Shown here piece after piece: positions 24,840 to 38,454 of a stretch of DNA of 64,000 nucleotides. Source of the stretch: Paragordius varius (Eukaryota; Animalia; Nematomorpha); the NCBI GenBank assembly GCA_964247055.1, contig OZ176050.1:3286001-3350000 (forward strand), read 5' to 3'. The translations under genes and the position numbers were made by a program. Under the pieces are notes generated by a model. It made no database searches, was not told the DNA's origin, and saw only the letters and a program-made list of their open reading frames with translations. The number at the start of each line of letters is the position of its first letter. The first letter of the stretch is position 1.

Positions 24840-27800
24840 TTAACTATAATTATTCTTCCTTTCCTTGGGTAAATTGGTAGTCGACGGCTGACTGCATTGA
24901 AACTTAGCTTTATTGATTTCGATATCTGATGGCATGTAAAATAATAAATGAATTAAACGTTCTTTTATTAATTTATGGTTGATTCCACATAACAAAATAT
25001 TAATTAATATTTCATTTTTTTGACAAAAATGTAGTTTATGGTAAAATAACTAAAAAATTCTCAATGTTCGCATTTTTTAAAGTTATTGAGTTAACAATGA
25101 TATTTATAATATAGGAGGTCATTTTTAAATATAATAATTTAGGAAAAATATAGTATTAATTTTCTGTTTTTACTCATTTATCAAATGATAGTTTAAATAA
25201 TGCGATATATTTCTTCCGAAATTTATAATGTCATAAAATTTGTCAGTGTCAGGCAAAACAATTCACGAATTAATTTGATAAAAATCATACCATGGTGACC
25301 AATGGAAATAGATTCTATTGAAGATAAAATTACTGAATCATGAATGTTAAATTTAATTAACTTTTCTTCATCTTGGTTTTTCTTGAAAAAGGGAAATAGA
25401 CAACTTAATCTCATTTTATAATTACTGACTTTTTTTCCTTCATTCTGGTTTGTATGATGGAAGGGAGCGCTCTGGGGTTGGCGGCCCCCGTCTCCATTAG
25501 ATGATTTGTCATTTGAAAGTGATATTTCGCATAGTTCCATATCTTTCATTTGAGTTCCATTTGTTTTTAACTCTGAGTTTTCTTTTTTGGATCCAAAATA
25601 TATGGTGAACATATTCTTTTTATTGGCATTTACATTGTGAGTCTTTTTTTCTCCACATTCTCCAGAAGAACTCTGGGGGTGGCGGCCCCCAGAGTCTCCA
25701 TTAGATGATTTGTCTTTCGAAAATGATGATTCGCATAGTTCCATATCTTTCATTTGTTTTTTGGATCCAAAATATATGGTGAACATATTCTTTTTATTGG
25801 CATTTACATTGTGAGTCTTATTTTCGTTTCCACATTCTCCAGAAGAACTCTGGGGGTGGCGGCCCCCAGAGTCTCCATTAGATGATTTGCCTTTCGAAAA
25901 TGATATTTTGCATAGTTCCATATCTTTCAGTTGACTTGCATTTGTTTTCAACTCTGAATTTTCTTTTTTGGATCGAAAACATATGAACATATTCTTATTG
26001 CTATTTACCTTTTGAGATATCTTATTTTCGTTTCTACATTCTCCAGAAGCGCTCTGGGGGTGGCGGCCCCCAGAGTCTTCATTAGATGAATTGTCTTTCG
26101 AAAACGATATTTTGCATAGTTCCTTATCTTTCAATTGGCTTGCATTTGTTTTTAACTCTGAGTTTTCTTTTTTGGATCCAAAACATACGGTGAACACATT
26201 CTTTTTATTGCTATTTACCTTTTGAGATATCTTATCGTTTCCACATTCTCCAGAAGCACTCTGGGGGTGGCGGCCCCCAAAGGCCCTGTTAAATGCTCGT
26301 TTCAAAGGTGAAGTGTTTTTAGTTTTCCTTTTTGAGTCTGAATGTAATTTAAACATAATAAATATTATTTAATTAATTATTATATTATATTATATTTTCC
26401 ATTCACCAGTTTTAAATATTTTAACCAACTGTGTTATAAGCCTTTTTTGTTAATTGTATCATTTAATTTTATAGATATTTTACCATGTGATGATAAGACC
26501 CCAGCCTCCATTTGATTATGTAAAATTTCAGTGAGGAAAGGGAATTCCTTTGTTTTGGCACAGTTTATTTCTTCAAAATTCGGTTTTTCATTGTTTACAT
26601 GTTGGCGGTTTACGGATGCAATACATAGAAAGGGATTGGGATCTGCAATCATAATATAACGTCATGTTTGGTTTCATGACACATAAAACCTTATTATTTT
26701 CGAATAAATACGTAATTAATTTGAATTAAATTAAGTAAAACATTATTCCAACAAATTTTATTACAAATGTATGAGATATAGGAATCGAATAAAAAAATAT
26801 TTATCGACAGATCTTCAAAAAGATGTCGGGCCAAACTTAAATCAAAGTGTTGAATAACTATTTACAGCTTTGTAGGTAAAAGTGTAGTGTGGTAAATATA
26901 AATATACCATTACACTTAAAATTGACCCTAGAACAATTCATATTCACGCTTAAGCATTAATATAGCTCATCATTCATACAAATTGGCATAGTATTTTTTC
27001 TCACGTTGATGTTAAACGAAATTTAATTTTTTAAAATATAAAAAATATAGATATTAACACGTAATAGGATGAATTTGAATTGTTCAATAAGGGTTGATCT
27101 GTAATTGGTATAATCACTTTTTATTGAATCGACAAATTTTTACCGAAAATATGGAGATATATTGTAAACAAAAAAATTTGATAATAAAATAAAATATAAC
27201 CTAATAAACTGGGTTCCCTATAGTTATCAGCAAATGGATTAGTAGAGTAGGTTTTATTTATTTCAATTGAATCTAGATAATTGTAAATTTAATATATTTT
27301 ATAATATATATTATAAATTTTGTTAATTACCTCTTTAAAATTCATCCATATATACCAATTACACTAAATAAAATAACTTATATAACTCCTTAACCCCAAA
27401 AAATTAAATACATCATGAATGATTCATTTCTCTACAAAATTACATATTTTTCATAAACCCCTTAATTTCGTGCACTGTATATATATAGATATATTCAACA
27501 AATTTTCCAATTATTAAAATGTGTCCCGATATAATTAAATAATTTTTTCTAATTCACAGTGATTAAGTATTAAGCCAAAAACCTAATTCCGGATCATTGT
27601 AGTTGTCGCTAAAGGGATTCCTAGAATACTGGCATTCCGCTGTATTTGATTCTAACAAATTACCATTATAAAACATTTTATATTAAAATAAAACTATATA
27701 ATATATATTACCAACCAATTTTATAAAGAATGTCTATTAATTTATTGTTACGCATAATAAATTGGACTTCTCTCTCTCAAAGCTATTTGCCATTTACAAA

Positions 27801-27980
27801 ATATATAATAGTATTAAATATCTCAGGGTCATATACATTAACATTTTTAATCAAATTCTAGAGTTAAGTTGAAGGCAAATGGAATTTACCGAAATCCTCA
27901 TCCTGTACATTCCAATCTTCATCAAAGGGATTTTTCGATGATGGCAAGATGTTTTTGTTAATTGAATCACACATAAGCAT
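24840..27980 (-). CDS. Unknown NPF-motif / GGRHPQS-repeat protein, copy B (~507 aa, 6 exons)
   Basis: Exons 27980-27890, 27651-27583, 27272-27201, 26642-26484, 26337-25291, 24925-24840, total 1524 nt, open. Five repeat motifs and four NPF motifs (exon 4 reads DPNPFLC versus DLNPILC in A). Confidence 0.8.
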
Positions 27981-29671
27981 ATTGATAGGAGATTTTAAAC
28001 TTTGAGATTATATTGGGTTTTTTATAATAGAGTTGGATTCCGGTCGAGACCAAGTATATATGATTCTTTGGAGGTTTTTATAAAAGTTAGGTATGTGATA
28101 CTCAATTAGAGTAGATATTCGAAAGCATTACTGTTTTTTATATAAATATTTTTGTGAGTGTTTAAATATTATATTTAAGATTTTATAAAAATAAAATGAT
28201 TGTTATAATAAAATGTAAATAAACTATCAACAATCAATTATGTTTTAACGAGAAAATAAACCCAATCATTTTCATTAAATATAATTAAATTAATATACCT
28301 AGCGCAAATTTAAAAATTATAATCAAATTTTGAGGAGGTAATTGAATTTTAAAATAAGTTTTTTTAAAAAAATATAAAAAAATAGAGGGTGGTTTTTCAT
28401 AAAATACAGAAGTAATATCCACAAAATCCTAAGTTTTTAAAAGAAATTTATAGGTTTATATTTTTTAGATAATTTTTAAGTTTAGTTTTAGCTTATTAGT
28501 TAAATAATATTTTGACGTTTACTGCGATTTTAAAAATATAAAATATTGGCTGGGAGAATTTTTCATAAAATGTGTATGCCTTTTATTATAAACTGGGAAA
28601 TTATCAATAGTCGATAATATAGACCCTCAGTTTGGCCTTCCATTCAAATTTTATAATAAAGTTTTAACGAAAACACCGATCATAGTCAAATAATTTCAAT
28701 TTTTCCAAAAAAATTTCCCTAAAAATATTATGCCTTTGTCATCCAATTACGGGAAATATCAATATTGGTGTAAGATATTTCAAGCATAAAGGCAAAAATT
28801 TAAGCCGAGACCATTTTTTACATTAACCTTTAGATAGGGTTTATTTTCAGTAAAAAGCGCCACCATATAATAAATAATCTCTCTCCCAAGCAATTTTCGA
28901 AAACACAAGATTATCTCGGAAAGCCTAGAAATAGCCTGTTTAGTAACATAAATTTTAACCCTTACGTAGGACTCTTTTTATAAAATGAGCCACTATAAAA
29001 TAATAATGTGGCTTTAAGCTAACCAACACAAAATTATAAAATAAAATTTAATCAATAATGGTTAAGAGGTTTCCTGTATCAAGGGTAGTTAATCGCATTT
29101 TTATATGCTGGCCAGATATCCATTTTCTTTAAATAAGCCACCATTTAAAATAAAATGGCTTTGAGGCCAATTTTTAGAAATCTCATAAAACCATAATTTA
29201 ACATAGAATAACAGTATCCATATAAAGACAAATTATAGCCAAGTGCCTTTTTTATATTAACGCCTGAATTCCTTTCGTAAAACACGTTATTATACAAAAG
29301 GTGGATTAACTCATTTTATAAAACCTATAGTTTATATATATTCGTATAACTATTCTGGTTTAAGCGATCTCAAATCCCACTTATTCCAGTTTGGGTGCCG
29401 AATATATCGGAATCATAACTATTTATCATACCAATTTTCAGGATAAACGAAAAGATGAGCTGTTTTTTTCTTTTTATTTCTTGGTTGATTCGATATCATT
29501 AGTTATAAAAGATTTAAAATAAATGCGTCCATCTTCAAAAACAATTTATTATTATTACTTTACAATAATTCCATATTACCAAGTTTAGTTTAAATGCTTT
29601 TTAATATAGTCCGTCACCTTCATTTATATTGGAGTTTTCGAATGATCATATTATTGAAAGGCTATTATTAT

Positions 29672-30315
29672 TAGGGTTGTGCATTTGACTGCTTTTTCAA
29701 AAAAGTTTGGTCAGACTCAGACTATGGTAATGACCGTGGTCCTGATCACTTTTTACTTAAGTATCTTGGATTGTCAAAATAATGTTCAAATTACACTTCA
29801 ACTAATAATGTCATGATTTTTAAAAGTTTGTATCATACATTTTTTGATATTAAAAATATTTCAATCATGAAACTATTATATAATGAATTTTACATGTTTG
29901 TGGCCTTCTGACTCATCAAATACATTGTTTTAAATGGATAGAATTTTTAATTGTTTTACACTTTCTTTCATCATTCATACATTCAATTATAGGATATTTT
30001 TCCATTTATAGTTCACATATATATAGAATAATTGCATATTTTATAAAAAGCTTGATTGTTTTTTTCGAAATAACTAAATATGCTTAAATGCTTATGTTAT
30101 AATGAGTCATGTTTAAAAAAATTGATATATTGTGTTAAATAAAATATTTAAATATTTAATTTTTAATTTCATAAATATATTAACAAACAATAAAATCTTA
30201 CTATCTCTCTTCCCAAATACCAGCATTTTTTCAAAAAACAGCTGTTTTTTTCAATGACCATGGTCAAAAAATAAATAGTCACTGACCTGGTCATGACTTG
30301 GTCATCACAACCCTA
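29672..30315. mobile_element. hAT-like MITE, copy B (inserted before the duplication)
   Basis: tagggttgtg ... cacaacccta with a perfect 8-bp TSD attattat on both sides. Same site as 9546-10201. Confidence 0.85.
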
Positions 30316-30902
30316 ATTATTATCCATACGCCACAATTAAATTTAGAAATAAAATAATTTTAATAGAATTCAATTTTTATACTTTATTAGTTTTAGGTGT
30401 TATAATTAAAATATGATTTTAATATTTTTATAATATACTATAAACCAAATAGTGTGTGGTCTGTAATTTTATATTCAAAACTAATGTTATAATAAATGTC
30501 CAAGTTGTTAAATTTTCATGGTATTCTCTTACTTTTTATATTGTTAATGCTAGAATAATAATGATCAGTATTAATTTATGTAAGATAAAAAATTTGGACC
30601 ATAATAATGTGTAATTTTATAATAATTTATGAAAAAACAACTACATTGTAACCTATTAACTAATAACTTGGCTTATATATTGTTAAACAATATATAAAAG
30701 TATTACCAACTCACATCTTTTTGGTTGTAATTAAATCAAAAAAGCATTAAAATTATATATAGCAGGTGAGAAAATTTATACTCTACCGCTTTTTGGCAAA
30801 TAAAATCGTCTCGTGACTTTATAAACTGAAATTATGAATGTTAGTTAATCTAGAAAGTGATATTCGTTTATTTTTACAAATTTCTCTTATAACATTTTGA
30901 AA

Positions 30903-31700
30903 ATGAAGAACCAGCTATGGTTTATGTTGATTTTGGTAATGATAGCTAGCATTATGATTTTCACAGAAGGTTAGTATTTTATTAATCATTATATTTGCTG
31001 AAAATTATATGACAGCCTTATGGTGCTCTATAGGCTCACAAAAAGTCATTTCCGACCAAAGAAATAATTTGCTCTTTTTTATTCCAGGAAAATAAAAGGT
31101 ATAGCCTCAACAGTTGGCGGCCCTCATAATGTTAATTAAAATAATCTAATATACAACATATGCGAATAGCAAAACCCTCATAATTGAAATATTTTATCAC
31201 ATCTTTATTCTATCTCATAATAAAGGCTATAAAATCTTTTTTAACAAAAAATTTGACCAAAAACAATAGAATTTTAAATATCTTTTTAACAGTATTAAAT
31301 ATATCAATTATTTAAAGAATTTCGATCCTTATATTATAAAATGATGAAAATTTATTCTTCTGTCTTTCATACAGAATTAACTTTCGACTGCAAAATTCGA
31401 AAATTGTTATATATTTATATTCTGAATTTAGAAAAAAACTACAACTCAAGGTCGCTTAAAATACTGAATGGTGATTTTTCGAGAAAATTAGCACGGCGGG
31501 GTCGTGGGGGCCGTGATGACTATTACGAAGACGATTATTACTATGATGACAATTATTATGATGATAGTATTTTTCGTTCTACTCGTGTAAATTCACGTCG
31601 AGTTACAACACCAAGAAGGCGGACTCAAAGAGTTACGAATTCAGCTAGAGGCAGAACTGTAAGAAATAGAGTTAGTCGTAGAACTCAAAGAGCCGGTTAA
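30903..31700 (+). CDS. Small secreted protein (91 aa): signal peptide, Asp/Tyr-rich block, Arg-rich block
   Basis: Exon 1 30903-30969 (GAAG|gttagt) spliced to exon 2 31492-31700 (attag|CACGG), phase 1. MKNQLWFMLILVMIASIMIFTEA-RRGRGGRDDYYEDDYYYDDNYYDDSIFRSTRVNSRRVTTPRRRTQRVTNSARGRTVRNRVSRRTQRAG*. Exon 1 is conserved in copy A. Confidence 0.8.
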
Positions 31701-34156
31701 CAAATGGGCTTAGGCGCCACACTTTTTTTATATATTACTTTTATTCCTGGATCAAATTTTGAAAAACATAAAAATTAATATTTTTTTTATTGTAAGGGTT
31801 TTTTGTCAATAAAAATATATCTGTTTCCATTATACACGTGTTTTCCAAACTTTGTAATATTGTAGTATGTAGAATTTCAGTTGTTAATGTGCAAAATTTA
31901 AATGGACTACATTGAAATTCAAATATGTGATTATTACTAATCGGCTTAATTTATATGTAATAAATTATCATTAAATGAATATACAAACCATGTAAAAGTA
32001 AATAAATAATGATGGTATGATATGTATCAAGAAAAGGGTCCAGTATTAAAAAACTAATGCTTGAATGTATGATTACAGAATAGTTGATCTTTTATCTTTT
32101 GGCTGGACTTCATGATCAAGTTTGTTGTAGGCTGACCTAAGGATAGGTTGATTAGATTTGATAGTAAAATTGGTGTTGTCTTGTATTGTTTTTGTGATTT
32201 TTTCTGAGTCAGCCTCTTTTCCTACATTATAATCATTTTATATATCTAATTACTTGGATTTTTTATAGGGATTGTCTATTCTATGAATAGCTATTGGTAC
32301 ATTAAGAAACAATAACTTTCACATTATTTCTATGCTTCAAATACTATAATAATCTTTAATTAAATTAAATTAGTTTAGAGCAAAGCATTTCGTATTGAGG
32401 ACATAGCCTTATTTGACGAATCTAACATGTTTTAAAATTTTGGACATCATATCCATATGTGTCCAAATAAAGGTCCCAAACGGGCTAATTTTCTTAAAAA
32501 CCAAAATGACCAAATCGAAGGTTCTTTTATTTAGTTGAATTAATGTAAAAACCCTTATTTTTATTTAACATAAAATTGAAGATGAACAGATATTTGGTGA
32601 TGGTGTTAAACACCAACGAATTATAAAAATGTTTTTTAAATCTTAAAACATTTTTCATCTTTATGCACCATGACTCAAATTAGTATGTACGCTTTAACAA
32701 AATTGTGTTGAAAATTAAATCTTTGCAAAAAGTATGCATTTTTTAAAACATTTGTTGATATCAAAATTTAGCATAAATTTAGAATTTTGCGCCATCCCGG
32801 CATTTTTGTGTTTATTTTAAAAGGACTAGCCCATTTTAGAAGTAAATTCGGCGTTCACTATAAATTAAAATTATTCAAAAATATTTTTGTTTTTTATGTG
32901 TAGTTTATAGTATTTAGTGATATTTTTGAAATGAAGCCCGTTTTTACCGAAAAAAATCATCATTGTCATTTTCAGATATACACTTACAATAAAAGTCATT
33001 AACTTTTCATTCTTCCAATTTTTACATATTGGGATAATTAGATATCCCAAATTTCGATTTAGTAAATAAACAATTAATATCAAAAACTGGTCTCATATAT
33101 TAAATAAAAAAGCCCATATTTTTTACATTTTTATGACATAGAGTTTAAAATCGGCATAGATCCAAAACACGATGAAAATAACAGCTGATATTAAAATATA
33201 AATTATTTCAAGTTTTTGTTGGTAAAAGGTAGTTGAAAGCTTCGGCTTATTTAGTTACATTTTTAACCAATATATACATTTATTAGACTACTGCATTATC
33301 GATAAAAAAATTATAAAAAAATGGCGGCAAAGTTTGAGATGTGAATTAATTTACAATTTTACATTTAATAAAAATTTTTAGGATAATGCTTCTAAAAGGT
33401 TAAAGAAAGCATATATTAAATTGAACCTAAAATTATAAAATACTAATATACAACCCTAAAAAATAATGAAGTGTTAAACTAAATCTAAGGGCCATAACCA
33501 AATGCACCATGATAATCCAGATACATTTTCCTCTCATATTAAAATATTATAAATCGGTTTATATATATGTATATAAAAATTATCAGGTTTTTACTTCTGT
33601 CACAGTTTATATATATTTCATATAATATTATTATATACCTCCCTCTCCCCATTTTTGCGCATTCATATTCTTACATAACTTAGATAAAAAAAAATTTAAA
33701 TTTAACTTATGAGTCAAAATACCATAAATTGTCTCGATGAATAAACATAGAAAATGTAAAGTGCTTAAGATGGTTGCAGGATTTCTTATAATTATTTGAA
33801 ATTATACAATAAAATTTTAGTGTAGTCCATTAATTTTTTGACCGAGGCCCTAAAAATGAATTTAATAAGCTTTATATCTTATATAGATTAAAGGGCAATT
33901 TTTTTTTATTCAATATTTGTTATAATTTTATGGTACTATCCGTGGAAATGAAAAAATTTGGCCCCTTAAATTTTTTGGGGATACCTAATGGTATAATCTA
34001 TAGTTTTTGGCGAAAGATTAGAGAATGAGATTTAAAAAAATATATTATTTGTATTGGTTCGGATCAAGGTTAAATAATATAAACATTGCGGTACTTAACT
34101 TTAAATTAAGTAAATGTTCATACCAGTTAGTGACAGTATTATAATTTTGACACCGC

Positions 34157-36660
34157 ATGTTTTCAAATCAGCATATTTTATATTTTTCAAGCCTCGTAAA
34201 ATTATACTTTAGCGAAACATGCTCAGAATTTTTTAAGATTATCTATATCAATGGACCTTTAACGCTGTTATCCTTCCATCGGTTAATCAAAGAGCAATGT
34301 AAAATTGCTAAAATATCCGAAGTTTATACCTTATTTAATTATTAGACTAAATATTTTTTGTCATTTCTCTTGTATAATCAAATTATAAAATACAATGGGG
34401 AAACCTACATCATTAATGATTCATATGTATTGTTTTTATCAAGGATAAATATGTATAATTTTCGTAATTAACAGGTTTTTGTATCATTCTGCAAAAAATT
34501 TAAATAAAATGGAATGCGAAATATTAAATTTCTTATCAAAACATGGACAATCAACTATAGAACATCTAAAAGATAATTTTAAAGAACTAAGTTTTGATTT
34601 TATAATAAAATAGATTTTAATGAGTTAAAAATGGCATTTTTAAATCTATCAAGAAATAATTATATTGGAACGAGAGCTATTTTTAACCGTGAAAATTCTA
34701 ATCTAACAAATTTTACAAATTTGGCATTCAATGTTTCCCAAGATGATATGAATAGTATATATTATATTTTTCTTATAAAAATGAATTCTGGATTCAACAC
34801 TAATTATTTTCTTACCGAATTATATATATATATTATATATATATATATATATAAATATAAATATAAATATTGTTTGTTCAAAATTGACAATTTATAAATT
34901 ATTTCACAAACACATATTATTCTAGCTTTAGTTGAACGCTCAATCGACACATCAGGTGAATTGATATCTGCCAACAAAAAACTTCGTAGTTCAACCTGCC
35001 GAACTCGGAGTTTATGGTGTCTTAATCCAAATAAGTTGACAAGCATCGTATTGGCTGATATTTTAAGTTCCGCTTTTTATTATAAATACATTGTGTTCTA
35101 TAACCAACTGATCAATTCGTCCTTCACAAAAGTTACCAAACAAAAGAATGTTGAAACATTTACACAAATTTTACGCTACATATTAGAAAATGTTGATTTT
35201 ACAGCAATTTGCAATGGTCAAAATCCTTCCACATACCTTGAAATAGATCCCTTAAACATTGAACGAGCCTATGGGCCAGACATTAAAAAGGAATTTATAC
35301 ACTGTTTAGATTTTTGTGCGCAACATGAAACACTTATGAGACATCAACAAAGCGCCCAAACCAAAGTTGCAGACCCCCTTAAAATGGCCACTTCATATAG
35401 GGAAAAAGCGTGGATAAGTCATGCTCGTGATGATATGTATTACAAATTTCATGTAAAAGTAGCCCTACTTGATGTGTTTGAACAATTTGTCCATCAATTT
35501 ATACAACAGCAATATGGTGTAAAATCCGCACGTATATATGGGTTTACATACATATAAATATGTAATTTATTGTTTTTTGGATGTTTTTTACTTTTTATCA
35601 TAGCATATTGTTGATTTCTAAGCAAGTTATATTAAATAAGCGTTTTAATGCTTGAAATTTTTATGTATTTTCGATTTATATTAAAATGTAAATGACATGC
35701 TAGTATAAATCATTTTATAGCTTAATACGAAGTTTGGGTTTATGTGAACAAAAAACAATCGAAGATTGTGCCATGATGCCGGCTAAAGAAGTCAAAGAAC
35801 ACCTGTATTCCTTGCTAGATTCAAAATTTTTAAACATTCTTGAGATTTCGAAGGCCAATGATTTTGCACCTTCACGCACTTTTTATTTGTTTCAACCGTC
35901 TACAATGTATCACACGGCTCTAGCTATACAAACTTATTTATACAAAGTATGACAATTTCATTTGTAATTATGTAGTTTTAATTGGTAGGATAGAGGTAAA
36001 TAGACACATAACAAATTTTCGATGGTTTAAATATGGTTTTTGGATAATTTTTATGTTAATTTATTACGAAATAGCATCGAGTTATTGCTTAATTTTTGTA
36101 CGTTGAAATCTACTGAATTCATATAATAACTTGTATCATTTTTTTAAAGATATTTTTATTAATAAACTATCAATTTAGCGCTTATTAAGTTGTAGATCGA
36201 TTAAGATTTCTTTCGCTTGGGTGTATCTAGCATTTTACATTATTTTACAAGGAAAAATTTATTAATTTGTAAAACAAAAGATATGCCAAAACTTACTTGA
36301 ACGGAGTGAACATGAGCATCGCCGATCTAAGCATTTACTTGAGAAACGAGAGAAAATTGAAGCAATTATTTCTAACCTTCCAGGCCCTGAAATCAATGAG
36401 AATTATGAGGAACAGGTCGCTGATATAAGATCATCCCTTTTACCTTCCGAACATGCTATCTTACAGGAAGTTCAACTTGCTCAAGAAAAGTTTGTATTAA
36501 AATTATATTTTTTAATGGGTACAAAAAAGTATACTTTTATATTTTAAATTGGTCAATCTTTACTTAATTTTTGTTTTATACCATTTTTTGACTGTGAACC
36601 TAATTAAGGTATCCAAGCGAGAATAATACTATCCTTTTGATTTTAGAAATAAACGTCTGA
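34157..36660 (+). CDS. POLR3C: RNA polymerase III subunit C3, copy B
   Basis: Exons 34157-34321, 34346-34452, 34475-34590, 34614-34754, 34926-35541, 35721-35946, 36281-36489, 36609-36660. Open when spliced this way. Same motifs as copy A. Confidence 0.88.
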
Positions 36661-37007
36661 ATCTAGTTTCGTAAAAAATGTAAGGTACGAGATTTTTTAT
36701 ATTTATATTTTTTTCCATGTTAGAATCGAATGTGCAAAATATTACATAAATCAAATGCTCATTTTGACAGAAACAGTTGCAGTCTTAACCATTAAAATCC
36801 ATTAGAAAATAGTATAGGATGTCATTTATATATATACATATGTAATTTATTTTATATTTAGATTAAATAATTTTATGTTACACAAGCGCTGTAAATAAAT
36901 TAATAAATCGATGATTGATTGATGAATTACAAAATAAATAAAATTGCGAATCATAATGTATGATTTGGATGTTCCCATTTATTTTGCCCAAATAATTTTG
37001 ATTTCTT

Positions 37008-38416
37008 CTAATTTTTAAATTTTTTGTTGACTATTTTTTCTTCCTTCAAATTTTTGTTTTGCGTTTCAAGATGATTAACACTGTCAACTTCTGAATTTTC
37101 TATTTCCTTTTCAATATTTTCATTTGTTTCCGTGTCTTTTGTGGGCACATCAGAGTTATTAGGAGTTTCAATGTTATCATCTGGTTTAGCTACTCCTTCG
37201 TTTCGAACAGACCCAGGCTAATCAAATATAAAAGCGTTTTTTGGACAAAGAATTATATTAGAAAATAAAACTAATAAGATGAAAACTTACGAGGTATACG
37301 CCTAAATATTTAGGAATATTTTTATATAATATATTTTATATAAATTGAATATTGATATAAAAGTTATATGGGAATAAAGATTTACATTGGCAGTTGACTA
37401 AGAAAGAATTTGTAGGGCAGAATGTTGAGCACACCACGGTTCCATTGACAACTTCACCTATGATTAAGTTGAATTTATATATTTTTAAGATTAATCTGAG
37501 TTGAAGGTTTTATAAATTAAATAAATTAGGGTTCATTGAAGCTAACTGTATTCACTGGGTTAAATAATCCAAAAAATTTGTTTGATTTAAAATTTTTATA
37601 AATTTGTTAGCTCATCCAAAACGCCAAATTAATAGCTAAAGATTGCTTATTTTTATTAGATTATTTTGAAATAATTTAAAGAAAATCACTAAGTGAAATT
37701 TATGAGTCCCCTTTAATCCAAATCCAAGAATGTAAAAAATAATAGTAATCAATTATCTTATGTAATTAAATAATTGTTTTACCTGTTCCAGTAGAAGTTG
37801 AACCTCCTTTGCCACGGCTAAGACCTAAAATTAATTATTTTAATAATTTTAAAATTAATAAAAAAAGTCAAATTAATGTATTACCCCATCCTTTGCCTTT
37901 CCCTAATCATAAATTAATTATTATTATTTAAATATCATAAGGTGATAGATAAATTGTTTAAATAATAAATTTAAATTGCATACCATAACTGACTTGTGGC
38001 ACATAGTAACCTTTATTATAAAAGTACATAAGTTAGGGTATAATTTAAATAAAAAATAGGGTAGAGAATTTCATGTTAGTTCCAAAATCAAACCAATCTT
38101 TATTATCGAATCCGTTTTTTATTAATTTTAACAATACCTTTTCCTTTGCCCCAATAATCTGCAAACAATGAATAAATATTGATAAAATTTTAATAATACA
38201 GTAAAAATAACTATAATACGGACAAAACATAAAAATATTAAGAAAATATTTTTGTCTAAAAGACTGTTGCAAAGTATAAAATAGAGATGTAAATTAGTAA
38301 AACAATAACTATTAATTTTAAATTGCAGTTTAGATAACTTATGTAGGAAAATTAAGGTTTAAAAAAGTATGGCTGTCTATTAAAAAAATATTTGTCTTGT
38401 CCGTATAATTTTTGCG

Positions 38417-38454
<38 letters not shown>

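Larger units (their letters stand above)
21940..38270. repeat. Tandem segmental duplication, copy B
   Basis: Same gene order and orientation as copy A. Lacks the insertions seen in A (foldback, hAT-like element, two TTAA elements). Confidence 0.93.

Noticed and set aside
34591-34613. POLR3C copy B as a frameshifted pseudogene
   Set aside because: The 1-nt deletion lies within a GT...AG segment whose removal restores the frame in both copies. This holds unless RNA data show the segment is retained.
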